This document shows, piece after piece, positions 29,601-44,300 of a DNA stretch of 64,000 nucleotides (positions are counted from its first letter, which is position 1; each line of letters starts with the position of its first letter). The notes under the pieces were generated by a model. That model did not search any database. It was not told the DNA's origin and was given only the letters and a program-made list of their open reading frames with translations. Position numbers and translations under genes: made by a program. This DNA is from Eledone cirrhosa (lineage: Eukaryota): NCBI GenBank assembly GCA_964016885.1, contig OZ024740.1:430900001-430964000 (forward strand), given 5' to 3'.

Positions 29601-32520
29601 GTTACTTCACAGAGGAGATGATATAGTGTTACTTAAAATAGCAGATGATATAGTGTTACTTAACTTAGCAGATGATATAGTGTTATTTAAACTTAGCAGA
29701 TGATATAGTGTTACTTAACTGAGCAGATGATATAATGTTACTTAACTTAGCAGATGATATAGTGTTACTTAACTTAGCAGATGATATAATGTTACTTAAC
29801 TTAGCAGATGATATAGTGTTACTTAACTCAGCAGATGATATAGTGTTACTTAACTTAGCAGATGATATAGTGTTACTTAACTGAGCAGATGATATAATGC
29901 TACTTAACTTAGCAGATGATATAGTGTTACTTAACTTAGCAGATGATATAGTGTTACTTAACTGAGCAGATGTTATAGTGTTATTTAACTTAGCAGATGA
30001 TATAATGTTACTTAACTGACGAGATGATATAGTGTTACTTAACTTAGCAGATGATATAGTTTTACTTAACTTAGCAGATGATATAGTGTTACTTAACTTA
30101 GCAGAAGATATAATGTTACTTAACTTAGCAGATGATATAGTGTTACTTAACTAAGGAGATGATATAGTGTTACTTAACTTAGCAGATGATATAGTGTTAC
30201 TTAAACTTAGCAGATGATATGTGTTACTTAACTTAGCAGATGATATATTGTTACTTAACTTAGCTGATGATATAGTGTTACTTAACTTAGCAGATGGTAT
30301 AGTGTTACTTAACTTAGCAGATGATATAGTCTTACTTAACCAGCAGATAATATAGTGTTTCTTAACTTAGCAGATGATATAATGTTACTTAACTGAGCAG
30401 ATGATATAATGTTACTTAACTTAGCAGATGATATAGTGTTACTTAACTTAGCAGATGATATAGTGTTACTTAACTTAGCAGATGATATATTGTTACTTAA
30501 CTTAGCAGATGATATAGTGTTACTTAACTGAGCAGATGATATAATGTTACTTAACTGAGCAGATGATATAGTGTTACTTAACTTAGCATATGATATAGTG
30601 TTACTTAACTTAGCAGATGATATAGTGTTACTTAACTGAGCAGATGATATAATGTTACTTAACTTAGCAGAAGATATAGTGTTACTTAACTTAGCAGATG
30701 ATATAGTGTTACTTAACTTAGCAGATAATATAGTGTTACTTAACTTAGCAGATGATATAATGTTACTTAACTTAGCAGATGATATAGTGTTACTTAACTT
30801 AGCAGATGATATAGTGTTACTTAACTTAGCAGATGATATAGTGTTACTTAACTGAGCAGATGATATAATGTTACTTAACTTAGCAGAAGATATAGTGTTA
30901 CTTAACTTAGCAGATGATATAGTGTTACTTAACTTAGCAGATGATATAGTGTTACTTAACTGAGCAGATGATATAATGTTACTTAACTTATCAGAGGATA
31001 TAGTGTTACTTAACTTAGCAGAAGATATAGTGTTACTTAACTGAGGAGATGATATAGTGTTACTTAACTGACCAGATGATATAGTGTTACTTAACTGAGC
31101 AGATGATATAGTGTTACTTAACTTAGCAGATGATATAGTGTTACTTAACTTAGCAGATGATATAGTGTTACTTAACTTAGCAGATGATATATTGTTACTT
31201 AACTTAGCAGATGATATAGTGTTACTTAACTGAGCAGATGATATAATGTTACTTAACTGAGCAGATGATATAGTGTTACTTAACGTAGCATATGATATAG
31301 TGTTACTTAACTTAGCAGATGATATAGTGTTACTTAACTGAGCAGATGATATAATGTTACTTAACTTAGCAGAAGATATAGTGTTACTTAACTTAGCAGA
31401 TGATATAGTGTTACTTAACTTAGCAGATAATATAGTGTTACTTAACTTAGCAGATGATATAATGTTACTTAACTTAGCAGATGATATAGTGTTACTTAAC
31501 TTAGCAGATGATATAATGTTACTTAACTTAGCAGATGATATAGTGTTACTTAACTTAGCAGATGATATAGTGTTACTTAACTTAGCAGATGATATAGTGT
31601 TACTTAACTGAGCAGATGATATAATGTTACTTAACTTAGCAGAAAATATAGTGTTACTTAACTTAGCAGATGATATAGTGTTACTTAACTTAGCAGATGA
31701 TATAGTGTTACTTAACTTAGCAGATGATATAGTGTTACTTAACTTAGCAGATGATATATTGTTACTTAACTTAGCAGATGATATAGTGTTACTTAACTGA
31801 GCAGATGATATAATGTTACTTAACTGAGCAGATGATATAGTGTTACTTAACGTAGCATATGATATAGTGTTACTTAACTTAGCAGATGATATAGTGTTAC
31901 TTAACTGAGCAGATGATATAATGTTACTTAACTTAGCAGAAGATATAGTGTTACTTAACTTAGCAGATGATATAGTGTTACTTAACTTAGCAGATAATAT
32001 AGTGTTACTTAACTTAGCAGATGATATAATGTTACTTAACTTAGCAGATGATATAGTGTTACTTAACTTAGCAGATGATATAATGTTACTTAACTTAGCA
32101 GATGATATAGTGTTACTTAACTTAGCAGATGATATAGTGTTACTTAACTTAGCAGATGATATAGTGTTACTTAACTGAGCAGATGATATAATGTTACTTA
32201 ACTTAGCAGAAAATATAGTGTTACTTAACTTAGCAGATGATATAGTGTTACTTAACTTAGCAGATGATATAGTGTTACTTAACTTAGCAGATGATATACT
32301 GTTACTTAACTGAGCAGATGATATAGTGTTACTTAACTGAGCAGATGATATAATGTTACTTAACTGAGCAGATGATATAATGTTACTTAACTGAGCAGAT
32401 GATATAATGTTACTTAACTGAGCAGATGATATAGTGTTACTTAGCTTAGCAGATGATATACTGTTACTTAACTTAGCAGATGATATAATGTTATTTAACT
32501 TAGCAGATGATATAGTGTTA
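26690..32520 (+). repeat. Diverged ~2.75-2.97 kb duplication containing a 567-bp (21-monomer) tandem duplication at ~31150-32290
   Basis: TATAGTTTTAC occurs at 26761/29514 (2753). CGTAGCATATG occurs at 28315, 31284 and 31851 (offsets 2969 and 567). Identical ORFs lie at 28385, 31354 and 31921. Confidence 0.85.
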
Positions 32521-35500
32521 CTTAACTTAGCAGATGGTATAGTGTTACTTAACTTAGCAGATGATATAGTGTTACTTAACTGAGCAGATGTTATGGTGTT
32601 ACTTAACTTAGCAAATGATATAGTGTTACTTAACTTAGGAGATGATATAGTGTTACTTAAAATAGCAGATGATATAGTGTTACTTAACTTAGCAGATGAT
32701 ATAGTGTTATTTAAACTTAGCAGATGATATAGTGTTACTTAACTGAGCAGATGATATAATGTTACTTAACTTAGCAGATGATATAGTGTTACTTAACTTA
32801 GCAGATGATATAATGTTACTTAACTTAGCAGATGATATAGTGTTACTTAACTTAGCAGATGATATAGTGTTACTTAAATTAGCAGATGATATATGTTACT
32901 TAACTCAGCAGATGATATATTGTTAATTAACTTAGCAGATGATATAGTGTTACTTAACTTAGCAGATGATATAGTGTTACTTAACTGAGCAGATGTTATG
33001 GTGTTACTTAACTTAGCAAATGATATAGTGTTACTTAACTGAGGAGATGATATAGTGTTACTTAAAATAGCAGATGATATAGTGTTACTTAACTTAGCAG
33101 ATGATATAGTGTTATTTAAACTTAGCAGATGATATAGTGTTACTTAAAATAGCAGATGATATAGTGTTACTTAACTTAGCAGATGATATAGTGTTATTTA
33201 AACTTAGCAGATGATATAGTGTTACTTAACTGAGCAGATGATATAATGTTACTTAACTTAGCAGATGATATAGTGTTACTTAACTGAGCAGATGATATAA
33301 TGTTACTTAACTTAGCAGATGATATAGTGTTACTTAACTTAGCAGATTATATAGTGTTACTTAACTGAGCAGATGTTATAGTGTTACTTAACTTAGCAGA
33401 TGATATAGTGTTACTTAACTGAGGAGATGATATAGTGTTACATAACTGAGCAGATGATATAGTGTTACTTAACTTAGCAGAAGATATAATGTTACTTAAC
33501 TTAGCAGATGATATAGTGTTACTTAACTGAGCAGATGATATAATGTTACTTAACTTAGCAGATGATATAGTGTTACTTAACTTAGCAGATGATATAGTGT
33601 TACTTAACTTAGCAGATGATATATTGTTACTTAACTTAGCAGATGATATAGTGTTACTTAACTTAGCAGATGATATAGTGTTACTTAACTGAGCAGATGT
33701 TATGGTGTTACTTAACTTAGCAAATGATATAGTGTTACTTAACTGAGGAGATGATATAGTGTTACTTAAAATAGCAGACGATATAGTGTTACTTAACTTA
33801 ACAGATGATATAGTGTTATTTAAACTTAGCAGATGATATAGTGTTACTTAACTTAGCAGATGATATAGTGTTACTTAACTGAGCAGATGTTATAGTGTTA
33901 TTTAACGTAGCAGATGATATAATGTTACTTAACTGACGAGATGATATAGTGTTACTTAACTTAGCAGATGATATAGTGTTACTTAACTTAGCAGATGATA
34001 TAGTGTTACTTAACTTAGCAGAAGATATAATGTTACTTAACTTAGCAGATGATATAGTGTTACTTAACTGAGGAGATGATATAGTGTTACTTAACTGAGC
34101 AGATGATATAATGTTACTAAACTTAGCAGATGATATAGTGTTACTTAACTTAGCAGATGATATAGTGTTACTTAACTTAGCAGATGATATAGTGTTACTT
34201 AACTGAGCAGATGTTATAATGTTACTTAACTTAGCAGAAGATATAGTGTTACTTAACTTAGCAGATGATATAGTGTTACTTAACTTAGCAGATGATATAG
34301 TGTTACTTAATTGAGCAGATGATATAATGTTACTTAACTTAGCAGAGGATATAGTGTTACTTAACTTAGCAGAAGATATAATGTTACTTAACTTAGCAGA
34401 TGATATAGTGTTACTTAACTTAGCAGATGATATACTGTTACTTAACTGAGCAGATGTTATAATGTTACTTAACTGAGCAGATGATATAATGTTACTTAAC
34501 TGAGCAGATGATATAGTGTTACTTAACTGAGCAGATGATATAATGTTACTTAACAGAGCAGATGATATAGTGTTACTTAGCTTAGCAGATGATATACTGT
34601 TACTTAACTTAGCAGATGATATAATGTTACTTAACTTAGCAGATGATATAGTGTTACTTAAATTAGCAGATGATATATGTTACTTAACTCAGCAGATGAT
34701 ATATTGTTACTTAACTTAGCAGATGATATAGTTTTACTTAACTTAGCTGATGATATAGTGTTACTTAACTGAGCAGATGTTATGGTGTTACTTAACTTAG
34801 CAAATGATATAGTGTTACTTCACAGAGGAGATGATATAGTGTTACATAAAATAGCAGATGATATAGTGTTACTTAACTTAGCAGATGATATAGTGTTATT
34901 TAAACTTAGCAGATGATATAGTGTTACTTAACTGAGCAGATGATATAATGTTACTTAACTTAGCAGATGATATAGTGTTACTTAACTTAGCAGATGATAT
35001 AATGTTACTTAACTTAGCAGATGATATAGTGTTACTTAACTCAGCAGATGATATAGTGTTACTTAACTTAGCAGATGATATAGTGTTACTTAACTGAGCA
35101 GATGATATAATGCTACTTAACTTAGCAGATGATATAGTGTTACTTAACTTAGCAGATGATATAGTGTTACTTAACTGAGCAGATGTTATAGTGTTATTTA
35201 ACTTAGCAGATGATATAATGTTACTTAACTGACGAGATGATATAGTGTTACTTAACTAAGGAGATGATATAGTGTTACTTAACTTAGCAGATGATATAGT
35301 GTTACTTAAACTTAGCAGATGATATATGTTACTTAACTCAGCAGATGATATATTGTTACTTAACTTAGCTGATGATATAGTGTTACTTAACTTAGCAGAT
35401 GGTATAGTGTTACTTAACTTAGCAGATGATATAGTCTTACTTAACCAGCAGATAATATAGTGTTTCTTAACTTAGCAGATGATATAGTGTTACTTAACTG

Positions 35501-38390
35501 AGCAGATGATATAATGTTACTTAACTTAGCAGATGATATAGTGTTACTTAACTTAGCAGATAATATAGTGTTACTTAACTTAGCAGATGATATATTGTTA
35601 CTTAACTTAGCAGATGATATAGTGTTACTTAACTGAGCAGATGATATAATGTTACTTAACTGAGCAGATGATATAGTGTTACTTAACTTAGCAGATGATA
35701 TAGTGTTACTTAACTTAGCAGATGATATACTGTTACTTAACTGAGCAGATGATATAGTGTTACTTAACTGAGCAGATGATATAATGTTACTTAACTGAGC
35801 AGATGATATAGTGTTACTCAACTGAGCAGATGATATAATGTTACTTAACTGAGCAGATGATATAGTGTTACTTAGCTTAGCAGATGATATACTGTTACTT
35901 AACTTAGCAGATGATATAATGTTATTTAACTTAGCAGATGATATAGTGTTACTTAACTTAGCAGATGGTATAGTGTTACTTAACTTAGCAGATGATATAG
36001 TGTTACTTAACTGAGCAGATGTTATGGTGTTACTTAACTTAGCAAATGATATAGTGTTACTTAACTTAGGAGATGATATAGTGTTACTTAAAATAGCAGA
36101 TGATATAGTGTTACTTAACTTAGCAGATGATATAGTGTTATTTAAACTTAGCAGATGATATAGTGTTACTTAACTGAGCAGATGATATAATGTTACTTAA
36201 CTTAGCAGATGATATAGTGTTACTTAACTTAGCAGATGATATAATGTTACTTAACTTAGCAGATGATATAGTGTTACTTAACTTAGCAGATGATATAGTG
36301 TTACTTAAATTAGCAGATGATATATGTTACTTAACTCAGCAGATGATATATTGTTAATTAACTTAGCAGATGATATAGTGTTACTTAACTTAGCAGATGA
36401 TATAGTGTTACTTAACTGAGCAGATGTTATGGTGTTACTTAACTTAGCAAATGATATAGTGTTACTTAACTGAGGAGATGATATAGTGTTACTTAAAATA
36501 GCAGATGATATAGTGTTACTTAACTTAGCAGATGATATAGTGTTATTTAAACTTAGCAGATGATATAGTGTTACTTAAAATAGCAGATGATATAGTGTTA
36601 CTTAACTTAGCAGATGATATAGTGTTATTTAAACTTAGCAGATGATATAGTGTTACTTAACTGAGCAGATGATATAATGTTACTTAACTTAGCAGATGAT
36701 ATAGTGTTACTTAACTGAGCAGATGATATAATGTTACTTAACTTAGCAGATGATATAGTGTTACTTAACTTAGCAGATTATATAGTGTTACTTAACTGAG
36801 CAGATGTTATAGTGTTACTTAACTTAGCAGATGATATAGTGTTACTTAACTGAGGAGATGATATAGTGTTACATAACTGAGCAGATGATATAGTGTTACT
36901 TAACTTAGCAGAAGATATAATGTTACTTAACTTAGCAGATGATATAGTGTTACTTAACTGAGCAGATGATATAATGTTACTTAACTTAGCAGATGATATA
37001 GTGTTACTTAACTTAGCAGATGATATAGTGTTACTTAACTTAGCAGATGATATAGTGTTACTTAACTGAGCAGATGTTATGGTGTTACTTAACTTAGCAA
37101 ATGATATAGTGTTACTTAACTGAGGAGATGATATAGTGTTACTTAAAATAGCAGACGATATAGTGTTACTTAACTTAACAGATGATATAGTGTTATTTAA
37201 ACTTAGCAGATGATATAGTGTTACTTAACTTAGCAGATGATATAGTGTTACTTAACTGAGCAGATGTTATAGTGTTATTTAACGTAGCAGATGATATAAT
37301 GTTACTTAACTGACGAGATGATATAGTGTTACTTAACTTAGCAGATGATATAGTGTTACTTAACTTAGCAGATGATATAGTGTTACTTAACTTAGCAGAT
37401 GATATAGTGTTACTTAACTGAGCAGATGATATAATGTTACTTAACTTAGCAGAAGATATAGTGTTACTTAACTTAGCAGATGATATAGTGTTACTTAACT
37501 TAGCAGATGATATAGTGTTACTTAATTGAGCAGATGATATAATGTTACTTAACTTAGCAGAGGATATAGTGTTACTTAACTTAGCAGAAGATATAATGTT
37601 ACTTAACTTAGCAGATGATATAGTGTTACTTAACTTAGCAGATGATATACTGTTACTTAACTGAGCAGATGTTATAATGTTACTTAACTGAGCAGATGAT
37701 ATAATGTTACTTAACTGAGCAGATGATATAATGTTACTTAACAGAGCAGATGATATAATGTTACTTAGCTTAGCAGATGATATACTGTTACTTAACTTAG
37801 CAGATGATATAATGTTACTTAACTTAGCAGATGATATAGTGTTACTTAAATTAGCAGGTGATATATGTTACTTAACTCAGCAGATGATATATTGTTACTT
37901 AACTTAGCAGATGATATAGTTTTACTTAACTTAGCTGATGATATAGTGTTACTTAACTGAGCAGATGTTATGGTGTTACTTAACTTAGCAAATGATATAG
38001 TGTTACTTCACAGAGGAGATGATATAGTGTTACATAAAATAGCAGATGATATAGTGTTACTTAACTTAGCAGATGATATAGTGTTATTTAAACTTAGCAG
38101 ATGATATAGTGTTACTTAACTGAGCAGATGATATAATGTTACTTAACTTAGCAGATGATATAGTGTTACTTAACTTAGCAGATGATATAATGTTACTTAA
38201 CTTAGCAGATGATATAGTGTTACTTAACTCAGCAGATGATATAGTGTTACTTAACTTAGCAGATGATATAGTGTTACTTAACTGAGCAGATGATATAATG
38301 CTACTTAACTTAGCAGATGATATAGTGTTACTTAACTTAGCAGATGATATAGTGTTACTTAACTGAGCAGATGTTATAGTGTTACTTAAC
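32290..38390 (+). repeat. ~3.2-3.4 kb higher-order duplication whose second copy is shorter by whole monomers
   Basis: CTTAGGAG at 32634/36065 (3431), GCAGACG followed by CTTAACAG at 33779/37156 (3377), and TTGAG at 34311/37526 (3215). The offset steps of 54 and 162 are multiples of 27. Confidence 0.87.
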
Positions 38391-41300
38391 TTAGCAGATG
38401 GTATAGTGTTACTTAACTTAGCAGATGATATAGTCTTACTTAACCAGCAGATAATATAGTGTTTCTTAACTTAGTAGATGATATAGTGTTACTTAACTGA
38501 GCAGATGATATAATGTTACTTAACTTAGCAGATGATATAGTGTTACTTAACTTAGCAGATGATATAGTGTTACTTAACTTAGCAGATGATATATTGTTAC
38601 TTAACTTAGCAGATGATATAGTGTTACTTAACTGAGCAGATGATATAATGTTACTTAACTGAGCAGATGATATAGTGTTACTTAACTTAGCATATGATAT
38701 AGTGTTACTTAACTTAGCAGATGATATAGTGTTACTTAACTGAGCAGATGATATAATGTTACTTAACTTAGCAGAAGATATAGTGTTACTTAACTTAGCA
38801 GATGATATAGTGTTACTTAACTTAGCAGATAATATAGTGTTACTTAACTTAGCACCTGATATAATGTTACTTAACTTAGCAGATGATATAGTGTTACTTA
38901 ACTTAGCAGATGATATAGTGTTACTTAACTTAGCAGATGATATAGTGTTACTTAACTGAGCAGATGATATAATGTTACTTAACTTAGCAGAGGATATAGT
39001 GTTACTTAACTTAGCAGAAGATATAATGTTACTTAACTTAGCAGATGATATAGTGTTACTTAACTTAGCAGATGATATACTGTTACTTAACTGAGCAGAT
39101 GATATAGTGTTACTTAACTGAGCAGATGATATAATGTTACTTAACTGAGCAGATGATATAGTGTTACTTAACTGAGCAGATGATATAATGTTACTTAACT
39201 GAGCAGATGATATAGTGTTACTTAGCTTAGCAGATGATATACTGTTACTTAACTTAGCAGTTGATATAATGTTACTTAACTTAGCAGATGATATAGTGTT
39301 ACTTAACTTAGCAGATGATATAGTGTTACTTAACTAAGAAGATGATATAGTGTTACTTAACTCAGCAGAAGATATGGTGTTACTTAACTTAGCAGATGAT
39401 ATAGTGTTACTTAACTGAGCAGATGATATAATGTTACTGAACTTAGCAGATGATATAGTGTTACTTAACTTAGCAGATGATATAGTGTTACTTAACTGAG
39501 CAGATGTTATAGTGTTACTTAACTTAGCAGATGATATAGTGTTACTTAACTGAGGAGATGATATAGTGTTACTTAACTGAGCAGATGATATAGTGTTACT
39601 TAACTTAGCAGAAGATATAATGTTACTTAACTAATCAGATGATATAGTGTTACTTAACTTAGCAGATGATATAGTGTTACTTAACTTAGCAGATGATATA
39701 ATGTTACTTAACTTAGCAGATGATATATGTTACTTAACTCAGCAGATGATATATTGTTACTTAACTTAGCAGATGATATAGTGTTACTTAAATTAGTAGA
39801 TGATATAGTGTTACTTAACTGAGCAGATGGTATGGTGTTACTTCACTTAGCAAATGATATAGTGTTACTTAACTGAGGAGATGATATAGTGTTGCTTAAA
39901 ATAGCAGATGATATAGTGTTACTTAACTTAGCAGATGATATAGTGTTATTTAAACTTAGCAGATGATATAGTGTTACTTAACTGAGCAGATGATATAATG
40001 TTACTTAACTTAGCAGATGATATAGTGTTACTTAACTTAGCAGATGATATAATGTTACTTAACTTAGCAGATGATATAGTGTTACTTAACTCAGTAGATG
40101 ATATAGTGTTACTTAACTTAGCAGATGATATAGTGTTACTTAACTGAGCAGATGATATAATGTTACTTAACTTAGCAGATGATATAGTGTTACTTAACTT
40201 AGCAGATGATATAGTGTTACTTAACTGAGCAGATGTTATAGTGTTATTTAACTTAGCAGATGATATAATGTTACTTAACTGACGAGATGATATAGTGTTA
40301 CTTAACTTAGCAGATGATATAGTGTTACTTAACTGAGCAGATGATATAATGTTACTTAACTGAGCAGATGATATAGTGTTACTTAACTTAGAATATGATA
40401 TAGTGTTACTTAACTTAGCAGATGATATAGTGTTACTTAACTGAGCAGATGATATAATGTTACTTAACTTAGCAGAAGATATAGTGTTACTTAACTTAGC
40501 AGATGATATAGTGTTACTTAACTGAGGAGATGATATAGTGTTACTTAACTTAGCAGATGATATAGTGTTACTTAAACTTAGCAGATGATATAGTCTTACT
40601 TAACCAGCAGATAATATAGTGTTACTTAACTGAGGAGATGATATAATGTTACTTAACTTAGCAGATGATATAGTGTTTCTTAACTTAGCAGATGATATAG
40701 TGTTACTTAACTTAGCAGAAGATATAATGTTACTTAACTTAGCAGATGATATAGTGTTACTTAACTGAGGAGATGATATAGTGTTACTTAACTTAGCAGA
40801 TGATATAGTGTTACTTAAACTTAGCAGATGATATAGTCTTACTTAACCAGCAGATAATATAGTGTTACTTAACTGAGGAGATGATATAGTGTTACTTAAC
40901 TGAGCAGATGATATAGTGTTACTTAACTGAGCAGATGATGTAGTGTTACTTAACTTAGCAGATGATATAATGTTACTTAACTTAGCAGATGATATAGTGT
41001 TTCTTAACTTAGCAGATGATATAGTGTTACTTAACTGAGCAGATGATATAATGTTACTTAACTTAGCAGATGATATAGTGTTACTTAACTTAGCAGATGA
41101 TATAGTGTTACTTAACTTAGCAGATGATATATTGTTACTTAACTTAGCAGATGATATAGTGTTACTTAACTGAGCAGATGATATAATGTTACTTAACTGA
41201 GCAGATGATATAGTGTTACTTAACTTAGCATATGATATAGTGTTACTTAACTTAGCAGATGATATAGTGTTACTTAACTGAGCAGATGATATAATGTTAC

Positions 41301-44300
41301 TTAACTTAGCAGAAGATATAGTGTTACTTAACTTAGCAGATGATATATTGTTACTTAACTTAGCAGATACTATAGTGTTACTTAACTTAGCAGATGATCT
41401 AATGTTACTTAACTTAGCAGATGATATAGTGTTACTTAACTTAGCAGATGATATAGTGTTACTTAACTTAGCAGATGATATAGTGTTACTTAACTGAGCA
41501 GATGATATAATGTACTTAACTTAGCAGAAGATATAGTGTTACTTAACTTAGCAGAGGATATAGTGTTACTTAACTTAGCAGAAGATATAATGTTACTTAA
41601 CTTAGCAGATGATATAGTGTTACTTAACTTAGCAGATGATATACTGTTACTTAACTGAGCAGATGATATAGTGTTACTTAACTGAGCAGATGATATAATG
41701 TTACGTAACTGAGCAGATGATATAGTGTTACTTAACTGAGCAGATGATATAATGTTACTTAACTGAGCAGATGATATAGTGTTACTTAGCTTAGCAGATG
41801 ATATACTATTACTTAACTTAGCAGATGATATAATGTTACTTAACTTAGCAGATGATATAGTGTTACTTAACTTAGCAGATGATATAGTGTTACTTAACTT
41901 AGCAGATGATATAGTGTTACTTAACTCAGCAGAAGATATGGTGTTACTTAACTTAGCAGATGATATAGTGTTACTTAACTGAGCAGATGATATAATGTTA
42001 CTGAACTTAGCAGATGATATAGTGTTACTTAACTTAGCAGATGATATAGTGTTACTTAACTGAGCAGATGTTATAGTGTTACTTAACTTAGCAGATGATA
42101 TAGTGTTACTTAACTTAGCAGATGATATAGTGTTACTTAACTTAGTAGATGATATAGTGTTACTTAACTGAGCAGATGTTATGGTGTTACTTCACTTAGC
42201 AAATGATATAGTGTTACTTAACTGAGGAGATGATATAGTGTTGCTTAAAATAGCAGATGATATAGTGTTACTTAACTTAGCAGATGATATAGTGTTATTT
42301 AAACTTAGCAGATGATATAGTGTTACTTAACTGAGCAGATGATATAATGTTACTTAACTTAGCAGATGATATAGTGTTACTTAACTTAGCAGATGATATA
42401 ATGTTACTTAACTTAGCAGATGATATAGTGTTACTTAACTCAGCAGATGATATAGTGTTTCTTAACTTAGCAGATGATATAGTGTTACTTAACTGAGCAG
42501 ATGATATAATGTTACTTAACTTAGCAGATGATATAGTGTTACTTAACTTAGCAGATGATATAGTGTTACTTAACTGAGCAGATGTTATAGTGTTATTTAA
42601 CTTAGCAGATGATATAATGTTACTTAACTTAGCAGATGATATAGTGTGACTTAACTCAGCAGATGATATAGTGTTACTTAACTTAGCAGATGATATAGTG
42701 TTACTTAACTGAGCAGATGATATAATGCTACTTAACTTAGCAGATGATATAGTGTTACTTAACTTAGCAGATGATATAGTGTTACTTAACTGAGCAGATG
42801 TTATAGTGTTACTTAACTTAGCAGATGGTATAGTGTTACTTAACTTAGCAGATGATATAGTCTTACTTAACCAGCAGATAATATAGTGTTTCTTAACTTA
42901 GCAGATGATATAGTGTTACTTAACTGAGCAGATGATATAATGTTACTTAACTTAGCAGATGATATAGTGTTACTTAACTTAGCAGATGATATAGTGTTAC
43001 TTAACTTAGCAGATGATATATTGTTACTTAACTTAGCAGATGATATAGTGTTACTTAACTGAGCAGATGATATAATGTTACTTAACTGAGCAGATGATAT
43101 AGTGTTACTTAACTTAGCATATGATATAGTGTTACTTAACTTAGCAGATGATATAGTGTTACTTAACTGAGCAGATGATATAATGTTACTTAACTTAGCA
43201 GAAGATATAGTGTTACTTAACTTAGCAGATAATATAGTGTTACTTAACTTAGCACATGATATAATGTTACTTAACTTAGCAGATGATATAGTGTTACTTA
43301 ACTGAGCAGATGATATAATGTTACTTAACTTAGCAGAAGATAGAGTGTTACTTAACTTAGCAGATGATATAGTGTTACTTAACTTAGCAGATGATATAGT
43401 GTTACTTAACTGAGCAGATGATATAATGTTACTTAACTTAGCAGAGGATATAGTGTTACTTAACTTAGCAGAAGATATAATGTTACTTAACTTAGCAGAT
43501 GATATAGTGTTACTTAACTTAGCAGATGATATACTGTTACTTAACTGAGCAGATGATATAGTGTTACTTAACTGAGCAGATGATATAATGTTACTTAACT
43601 GAGCAGATGATATAGTGTTACTTAACTGAGCAGATGATATAATGTTACTTAACTGAGCAGATGATATAGTGTTACTTAGCTTAGCAGATGATATACTGTT
43701 ACTTAACTTAGCAGATGATATAATGTTACTTAACTTAGCAGATGATATAGTGTTACTTAACTTAGCAGATGATATAGTGTTACTTAACTAAGAAGATGAT
43801 ATAGTGTTACTTAACTCAGCAGAAGATATGGTGTTACTTAACTTAGCAGATGATATAGTGTTACTTAACTGAGCAGATGATATAATGTTACTGAACTTAG
43901 CAGATGATATAGTGTTACTTAACTTAGCAGATGATATAGTGTTACTTAACTGAGCAGATGTTATAGTGTTACTTAACTTAGCAGATGATATAGTGTTACT
44001 TAACTGAGGAGATGATATAGTGTTACTTAACTGAGCAGATGATATAGTGTTACTTAACTTAGCAGAAGATATAATGTTACTTAACTTAGCAGATGATATA
44101 GTGTTACTTAACTTAGCAGATGATATAGTGTTACTTAACTTAGCAGATGATATAATGTTACTTAACTTAGCAGATGATATATGTTACTTAACTCAGCAGA
44201 TGATATATTGTTACTTAACTTAGCAGATGATATAGTGTTACTTAACTTAGTAGATGATATAGTGTTACTTAACTGAGCAGATGGTATGGTGTTACTTCAC

